Below are positions 33,624-45,115 of a stretch of 45,115 nt of DNA, piece by piece (position 1 is the first letter of the stretch; every line of letters begins with the position of its first letter). The stretch spans positions 1-45,115 of the forward strand of contig JAVKIJ010000016.1 of NCBI GenBank assembly GCA_031459535.1, written 5' to 3'. The DNA is from Candidatus Fervidifonticultor quintus (lineage in GTDB: Bacteria; Sysuimicrobiota; Sysuimicrobiia; Sysuimicrobiales; Humicultoraceae). The notes below the pieces were generated by a model, which searched no databases, was not told the DNA's origin, and saw only the letters and a program-made list of their open reading frames with translations. Both the position numbers and the translations under genes were made by a program.

Positions 33624-35934
33624 ATGACGCTCCAGCCTTCGTCGAATCGCGCGGCCCGGGTCCAGGCCACGATGAAGGACCTGCTCGGCCAGCGCCAGTT
33701 GATCGTCGTGAGCAACCGGGAGCCCTACGTCCATCGCCGCGGGCGTGGAGGTGTGGAAGTCGAGTCGCCGCCCGGCGGGCTCGTCGCGGCCCTCGACCCG
33801 GTCATGCAGGCTGTTGGCGGCGTCTGGGTCGCCTGGGGGGTCGGCGAGGCGGACTTCGAGGTCACCGACGGTCGGGACTGTGTGGCCGTCCCACCTGGCG
33901 CTGGCGCCTACACGCTTCGTCGGGTGCGCCTGTCACCCAAGGACGTCGAACGCTTCTACCACGGGTATGCCAACCAATCGCTGTGGCCGCTGTTCCATCT
34001 CGCGGTGGACAAGGCGCGCTTCGCGCGGCGGTACTGGATCGCCTACCAGGAGGTCAATCGGCGGTTCGCCGCGGCGGCGCGCGAGATGATCCGTCCCGGG
34101 GCCCTGGTGTGGATCCACGACTACCATCTGGCCCTCTGCCCCCGGTATCTGCGACAGTGGCTCCCGCAGGTGTTCCTCATGCACTTCTGGCACATTCCCT
34201 GGCCATCGTGGGACGTGTTCCGCATCTGCCCGCAGAGCGGGGAACTGCTGGAGGGGTTGCTGGCCAACGACCTGCTGGGCTTCCACCTGCCGCGGCACGT
34301 GCGGAACTTCCTCGACTGTGTGGCGCACGAACTGGGGGCTGAGGTGGATCACGATCTGGGCCTGGTGGAGTACGGCGGGCGCTACACCCGCGTCCAGGCC
34401 CTGCCCATCAGCATCGACGTGGATGCCTGGGAGCGGGCGGCGTCCTCGTTGGACTGCGCGCGCTGGATGGCCCGCCTGCGACACCGCTTTCGCCTCGCCG
34501 ATCGGGCTGTGGGTATCGGCGTGGACCGCCTGGACTACACCAAGGGGATTCCCGAGCGCCTGCGCGCCATCGAGCTGCTGTTCCATCGGCACCCCGACGT
34601 CCGAGGCCGCTTCGTCTTCATTCAGAAATCGGCGCCGAGCCGCACGCGGATAAAAGCCTACCGCGATCTACAAGCGCAGGTCGAGGCCGCAATCAACCGG
34701 ATCAACAGCATCTTTGGCAACGACACCTGGCGGCCCATCATCCACATTCCCAGGCCGCTGCCACCCGCGGGCATGGCGGCCCTCTACCGGATGGCGGACG
34801 TGTGCGTCGTGTCCTCCCTGCAAGACGGGATGAACCTCGTGGCCAAGGAGTTCGTGGCCTCTCAGGTGGACGGCCGCGGCGTCCTGGTGCTCAGCGAGCT
34901 GGCCGGGGTCTCCGACGAGGCGCCGTGGGCCATCACGATCAACCCTTACGATCCCGACGGGGCGGCCGAGGCGTTGTACCAGGCGCTGCTCGTGCCCGCG
35001 GCCGACCGGCAGGAGCGCATGCGCCAGATGCGGGCGCACCTGCGCCAGCGCGACATCTATCACTGGATGGAGCAGCATCTGCGTGCGGCGGCGCACCTCG
35101 TGGTGGGCCGTGAGGCCACCCGGTCGGTCTTCGAGGACCTGGAGACCGTGCGTCGGGTCTCGACCTCGCGGGACGTCCTGGCGCTGCTGGTGGACTTCGA
35201 CGGCACACTGGCCCCCATCGCCGACCGGCCGTTCGACGTCACGCTGCCTCCGCTGACGCGGTCACTGCTGGCGCGGCTGGCCCGCCGGCCCCGCTGCCGG
35301 GTAGCCGTGGTGAGCGGCCGCGCGCTGGACGACCTCAAGGCGCGTGTCGGTCTGCAGGACGTGGTCTACGTCGGCAACCACGGGTTCGAGATCGCGGGTC
35401 CGGGATGGGCCGCCGAGCGCCGGGACGCCGCCGAGGTGCGCCGCCTCATCGCCGCGTGTAGCGCGCGGCTGCGGGAGCGGCTGCAGCACATCCGGGGTGC
35501 CATGGTGGAGGACAAGGGTCTGACGGCCAGCGTGCACTACCGGCTCGTCCGGGGCGATCAGGTCGAGCAGGTGCGGCAGATCGTCTTGACCGAGGTCGCC
35601 CAGCTCCCTCCGGGAAAGGTGGAGGTGCGGCGCGGCAAGCGGGTCCTGGAGCTGCGCCCGGCCATTGACTGGGACAAGGGCCGGGCCGCGGTGTGGCTGC
35701 TGGAGCGGTTGGTGGGCAGCGACTGGCGGAAGCGGTGCGGGGTGCTCTACGCGGGCGACGACCGTACCGATGAGGATGCCTTCCTGGCCCTCGGCGACGC
35801 CGCGATCACCATCAAGGTGGGCTCGAGCCCGTATCCCACCGCCGCACGGTACATGGTCCGCGATGTCGCCGAGTTCACCCAGCTCCTCCAGACTATCCTG
35901 GCGTGGGTCACGACGCCGGAGCCGACAACAGTGC

Positions 35935-35945
<11 letters not shown>
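33624..35945 (+). CDS. otsAB: Bifunctional trehalose-6-phosphate synthase/phosphatase (OtsA-OtsB fusion)
   Basis: [46 protein letters not shown], then HAD domain [21 protein letters not shown]. Confidence 0.95.
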
Positions 35946-37616
<1,671 letters not shown>

Positions 37617-37620
<4 letters not shown>

Positions 37621-38618
37621 CGGCCCAACCGCTTCAGGGCCTCCTGCTGGAAGCGGCGATCGATCATCGCCTCCAACGGAATCGGCGTGTTGTAGTCTGC
37701 GAGGCCGGCTTGCCGGAAGGTCCTCTCCATGTCGATGATGGTCGTGGTTACGATGCGCATGTCGGGGTGGTAGACCAGCGGTGGTTCGCCCTGCAGCACC
37801 TCGTCGCGCACGCCGGTGTACTTCTTGTAGGCGGCCACGTTCTCGGGATCGAGGAATCGGGATCCCTGCATGGCGCGGGCGGCCTTCATGAGCGCCACCA
37901 GGAACCCGGTGGCGACCTCGGGGCGCTCGCGCATGAACTTGCCCGAGAACGCGAAGACCGTGGACGCGTTGCCGGGCGCGAAGTTCTCGAGAATGGGCCG
38001 GGCCATGAACTGGGCCAGCGCGGCCGAGGAGAACGGCGATCCGGTTAGCGACCCGTCCACGCGGCCGGCGCGCAGGGCAGGGCCGTGATCCGGATTGGGC
38101 AGGTTGACGATCTCGAAGTCGCGGGGGCCGATGCCGGCGCGCCGCGCGCCGATCAGGAACAGGTAGTGGCCCGTGGAACCCACGCCCCCGGCGATGGCAA
38201 TGCGGCGGCCGCGCAGGTCGCGCACCGATCGCACCTCCCCGGAATCATAGAGGTCCAGCCGGGTCAAGATCCGCGTCCCGTGCCGCTGGCCCCATGCGGA
38301 AGTGGAGGCTACGATCCGCAGTTCCAGTTTGCGGTTGAAGGCGTTGAAGATCGAAGCCGATAGACCAATGGCGCCCACGTCCAGGCGGTCCTGGGCCAGG
38401 AAGACGAGCGCCTCGGTGCCCGAGGCGACGCGCTGGAGATCGATCTCGATGCCTCCCTCACGCATGTAGCCCCGCTCGATGGCCACATAGAGGGTGGAGA
38501 AGTTGATGAGCGGTACGTGCGCCACAAGCACGCGTTCTGCACGCTGGGCCGCCGCTGGCGTCGCCGCCACGGCAGTTGCCATGGCCAGCAGCACCCCGAA
38601 CCGGGTGAGCCTACCCAT
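37617..38618 (-). CDS. NitT/TauT (SsuA/THI5-like) ABC substrate-binding protein
   Basis: Signal peptide; [38 protein letters not shown]; in an operon with permease and ATPase. Confidence 0.88.
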
Positions 38619-39402
38619 GATTGATCCTCCCCTCCCCCCGCCGGTCGTCTTCGAGCCAGGGCATGACGCGCCGACCAAACCAGCGGATGATCGCGTACGA
38701 CAGCGCGCCCAGCGCGCCGATCACGATGAAGCCGGCAAACATCTCCTCCGGCCGCAGCGTGTTCCAGGCGTGCCAGACGAAGAAGCCGATGCCTTCCTGG
38801 GTCGCCACGAACTCGGCGGCGATCACCACGATCAGCGCCGTGCCCAGCGCCAGCCGCAGGCCGGTCACGATCACCGGTAGCGCGCCCGGCAGGACAATGT
38901 GCCGGAACATGTTCAACCGCCTGGCCCCAAAAGCCCTGCCCGCCTCCAGATAGATGGACTCCACGCCGATCACCGCGGCGGTGGTGTTGATCACCACGAT
39001 GAAGAACGTAGCGATGGCCACGATGGCGATCTTGGAGGCCTCACCCAGCCCGAAGATCAGCATCACCAGGGGCAGGATGGCCACCTTGGGGATGACGTAG
39101 AGGGCCGAGATGGTGGGCTCCAGCGCTGCCCGCAGCGGGTGAGCCGCACCCAGCGCCAGGCCGGCGACGAGCCCGGCTGATGCCCCGATCCCGAAACCGG
39201 CCAGCACCCGGACCACGGTCGCGGCCAGATGCTGGGCCACGGTGCCGTCGGTGATCAGGCGGTAGAGGGTCGCCAGGACCAGCGACGGCGGCGGGAAGAA
39301 CCGGGCATCCAGCACGCCCGTGCGCACTGCCCCTTCCCACAGGGTCACCAGCGCCAGCGGCGCGCCCAGGGCCAGCACCCGGTCCTGGGCCTCGGGGCTC
39401 AC
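38611..39402 (-). CDS. NitT/TauT ABC permease
   Basis: FFPPPS, IPKVAILP, EAGRAFGA, LPGALP, VIAAEFV motifs. Confidence 0.9.
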   Translation of the reverse strand: MSPEAQDRVLALGAPLALVTLWEGAVRTGVLDARFFPPPSLVLATLYRLITDGTVAQHLAATVVRVLAGFGIGASAGLVAGLALGAAHPLRAALEPTISALYVIPKVAILPLVMLIFGLGEASKIAIVAIATFFIVVINTTAAVIGVESIYLEAGRAFGARRLNMFRHIVLPGALPVIVTGLRLALGTALIVVIAAEFVATQEGIGFFVWHAWNTLRPEEMFAGFIVIGALGALSYAIIRWFGRRVMPWLEDDRRGEGRINHG

Positions 39403-40178
39403 GGCCGGCCTCCCATGGCGATGGCCGCCTCGTCGCGCAACGACTCCCAGATGTTGTAGGCGAGTCTGGCGAACTGCGGCGAGGCCATCAACGGGATGCC
39501 GCGCGGGCGTGCGAACGGGACGTCGTAGACTGCCTTGAGACGGCCGGGCCGGGCCGTCATGAGCGCCACGCGATCGCCGAGCAGCACCGCCTCCTCGATG
39601 TCGTGGGTGATGTAGACCACGGTCTTGCGATCGGCCTCCCACAGCCGCAGCAGCTCGTCCATCAGCAGCAACCGCGTCTGGGCGTCTAAGGAGCCCATGG
39701 GCTCGTCCATGAGCAGCACCTCGGGATCGTTGGCAAACGCCCGGGCGATCCCGACCCGCTGGCGCATCCCTCCGGAGAGCTGGCGGGGGTAGGCGTCGGC
39801 AAACTCGGCCAGCCCCACGCGCGCGATCCACATGTGCGCCGCCGCTTCGCGCGCGGCTCGGGGCACGCCCCGCATCTGCAGGCCGAAGGCGACGTTCTCG
39901 AGGACGGTCTTCCAGGGGAAGATCGCGTACTCCTGGAACACCAGGCTGTGCAGCGGCTTCCCCCGGCCGCTGCTGTGGATCACCACCTCGCCCGCGGTTT
40001 GCGGGATCAGCCCGGCGATGATCCGGAGCAGGGTGGACTTGCCGCAGCCGGACGGCCCGACCACGCACACGAACTCGCCGTCGGCCACGGTGAGCGAGAC
40101 GCCGTCTAGGGCCACGACGCGGCGGGCGCGGGCCTGGAAGACCTTGGTGACGTCCGTCAAGACGATCTTGGATCCCAT
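39399..40178 (-). CDS. NitT/TauT ABC ATP-binding protein
   Basis: GPSGCGKST, LSGGMRQR, LLMDEP, ITHDIEEA motifs. Confidence 0.93.
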   Translation of the reverse strand: MGSKIVLTDVTKVFQARARRVVALDGVSLTVADGEFVCVVGPSGCGKSTLLRIIAGLIPQTAGEVVIHSSGRGKPLHSLVFQEYAIFPWKTVLENVAFGLQMRGVPRAAREAAAHMWIARVGLAEFADAYPRQLSGGMRQRVGIARAFANDPEVLLMDEPMGSLDAQTRLLLMDELLRLWEADRKTVVYITHDIEEAVLLGDRVALMTARPGRLKAVYDVPFARPRGIPLMASPQFARLAYNIWESLRDEAAIAMGGRP

Positions 40179-40243
40179 CCGGCCTGTTGGGGCTTCTGCG
40201 CCGCGGCATCGGACTCCTCGGCGTCCCGGCCGGGCACAGGCCG

Positions 40244-40281
40244 CTTGCATCTTAATGCACAAATCTGTATGATTATGCGAA
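40244..40281 (+). promoter_or_regulatory. Tandem ARG boxes (ArgR operator) over the carAB promoter
   Basis: TGCAT-ctta-ATGCA and TGTAT-gatt-ATGCG, 20 bp apart, overlapping TTGCAT-17-TATGAT; an AT-rich island in GC-rich DNA. Confidence 0.8.
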
Positions 40282-40300
40282 AATGCCGGGAGGCGGGTGC

Positions 40301-41381
40301 ATGCAGGCGACCCTGGCGCTCGACGACGGCCTGATCCTGACCGGTGAGTCCATCGGCGCGGCCGGTGAGGCCGGCGGCGAGGTCGTGTTCACTACCAGCG
40401 TGACCGGCTACCAGGAGGTCCTCAGCGACCCCTCGTACCGGGGCCAGATCGTCGTCATGGCCTATCCCTTGATCGGCAACTACGGGTTCGATGGGACTTG
40501 GCTGGAGTCGAGCCGCCCCCAGGCGGCGGGGTTCGTGGTGCGGTGGGCCGCGCCCGGTCCGGATGGTGGGCCCTCGGGAGGTCTGGACGCGTATCTGCGC
40601 GCCTGGGGCGTCGTCGGGATCGCCGGCCTGGACACCCGCAGGTTGGTCCGTCACCTGCGGACCGGCGGCGTGCGGCGGGGGCTGATCACGACCGACGACG
40701 AGTTCCCGGGCGACCTGCTGGCGCGGGCCCGCGCGCTGCCCGACCTGGCAGAGTTGGACCTGGTCAGCGGCGTCTCGACGCGCAGCGTGGTCCACTACCC
40801 GGGGCCGGGTCCTCGGATCGCGGTGCTGGACTGCGGAGTGAAGCAGGGCATCGTCCACCACCTGCGCGCCCGGGGGTGCGAGGTCGTGATCTTCCCACAC
40901 GACACGCCGGCCGGCGCCATCCGCGAGACCGCCCCGGCCGGCCTCGTGGTCAGCAACGGCCCCGGGGATCCAGCGCGCCTGGGGTACATCGCCGCTGAGG
41001 TGGCCGCGTTGTGGGCCGAGCTGCCGGTGCTGGGCATCTGTCTGGGCCACCAGATCCTGGCGATCGCCGCGGGCGCGAAGACCTTCAAGCTGCCATTTGG
41101 TCACCGCGGGTCGAACCACCCCGTGCGGGATGAGACCACGGGCCGCACCTCCATCACGACCCAGAACCACGGGTATGCCGTTGACGAAGCGTCGCTGGAG
41201 GGCACCGGTTTCCAAGTCACCCACCGCAACCTGCACGACGGCACCGTGGAGGGCCTGCGGCACCGCCGGCTGCCGGTCTTCTCGGTGCAGTATCATCCCG
41301 AAGGCAGACCAGGGCCGAGGGACTCCACGTACCTGTTCGACCAATTTCTTTGGATGGTGCGCGAGCATGGCAGGGTGGGCC

Positions 41382-41389
<8 letters not shown>
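40301..41389 (+). CDS. carA: Carbamoyl-phosphate synthase small subunit
   Basis: GEVVFTTSVTGYQEVLSDPSY, SNGPGDP, LGICLGHQ, FGHRGSNHPV, QYHPE motifs. Confidence 0.97.
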
Positions 41390-44585
<3,196 letters not shown>

Positions 44586-44671
44586 GCGCGTGTGGGTTCC
44601 TGCAGGACGGGTCTTGGCCGTTCAAGAAGCAGGAACCACGGGGGGTGTATGACGCTTCAGGGGGGAGAAGG

Positions 44672-45115
44672 GTGACTCGCACGCTGGCACTGATCTGCAT
44701 CGCTGCGGTCCTCACAGTCACACCTGCGTGGGCGGGGTCTGCGGGATGGCCGGAGAGCCGTCCGATTACCATCGTCGTGCCGTTTGCCGCAGGCGGCGGA
44801 ACCGACATTATCGCCCGCCAGCTCCAGCGGGCGATGCAGCGATTCATCGAGCCGCCCATCGTGATCCGCAATATCCCGGGCGCCGGTAGCGGGATTGGGA
44901 CCAATGAAGTGCTGCGCGCCAGGCCTGACGGGCACACGTTGCTGCTCTCGGGCACGCATACCGTTACGGCCGCGCTGCAGGGCCTGACCGCGGGCTCCAT
45001 CATCCAGCTCGACCACATCGCCAGCCTCAACTGGGATGCGTTCGTCATCGGGGTGCTGGACTCGTCGCCGTACAAGACCCTCAGGGAGCTCATTGATGCC
45101 GGCAAGCAGAATCCC
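44672..45115 (+). CDS. Tripartite tricarboxylate transporter substrate-binding protein (TctC/Bug), partial
   Basis: Not in the ORF track. GTG 44672 gives a signal peptide then WPESRPITIVVPFAAGGGTDIIAR...NIPGAGSGIG...ARPDGHTLL; runs off the window end. Confidence 0.9.
   Translation, partial: MTRTLALICIAAVLTVTPAWAGSAGWPESRPITIVVPFAAGGGTDIIARQLQRAMQRFIEPPIVIRNIPGAGSGIGTNEVLRARPDGHTLLLSGTHTVTAALQGLTAGSIIQLDHIASLNWDAFVIGVLDSSPYKTLRELIDAGKQNP

Noticed and set aside
44595-44637. Inverted repeat ggttcctgc/gcaggaacc after carB as a terminator
   Set aside because: 25-nt loop and no U-tract; function unsupported.

Overview
High-GC bacterial chromosome segment; the gene style suggests a diderm Terrabacteria lineage such as Armatimonadota/CSP1-3, but that is an unverified impression. 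From left to right: the 5' end of an IS1182-family element; a Ski2/HelY-like helicase; an unannotated ~175-nt rod-like structured RNA candidate; ybaK; a cell-surface glycan locus (GT-C-like membrane protein, GT2, methyltransferase, Wzx-like flippase and two divergently encoded PaaK/CapK/GH3-like adenylate-forming paralogs) running into an ATPase-less Opp/Dpp importer. Next is a Crp/Fnr module in which two CRP-type boxes sit at class II positions of back-to-back promoters for a two-domain cupredoxin and a 58-aa secreted repeat peptide. A decayed tRNA-Ala island follows (tyrosine integrase, hsdM, AlbA-ATPase, broken hsdS, IS256 remnant), then a beta-barrel gene with a structured leader, an orphan Mo-hydroxylase large subunit and queF-queT. 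gltB and otsAB-treS are divergent and carry back-to-back riboswitches (ykkC subtype 2/ppGpp-like and c-di-AMP). The window ends with a NitT/TauT ABC transporter, ARG-box-preceded carAB and a partial TctC/Bug gene. All calls come from motif recognition by eye; no database searches were run.
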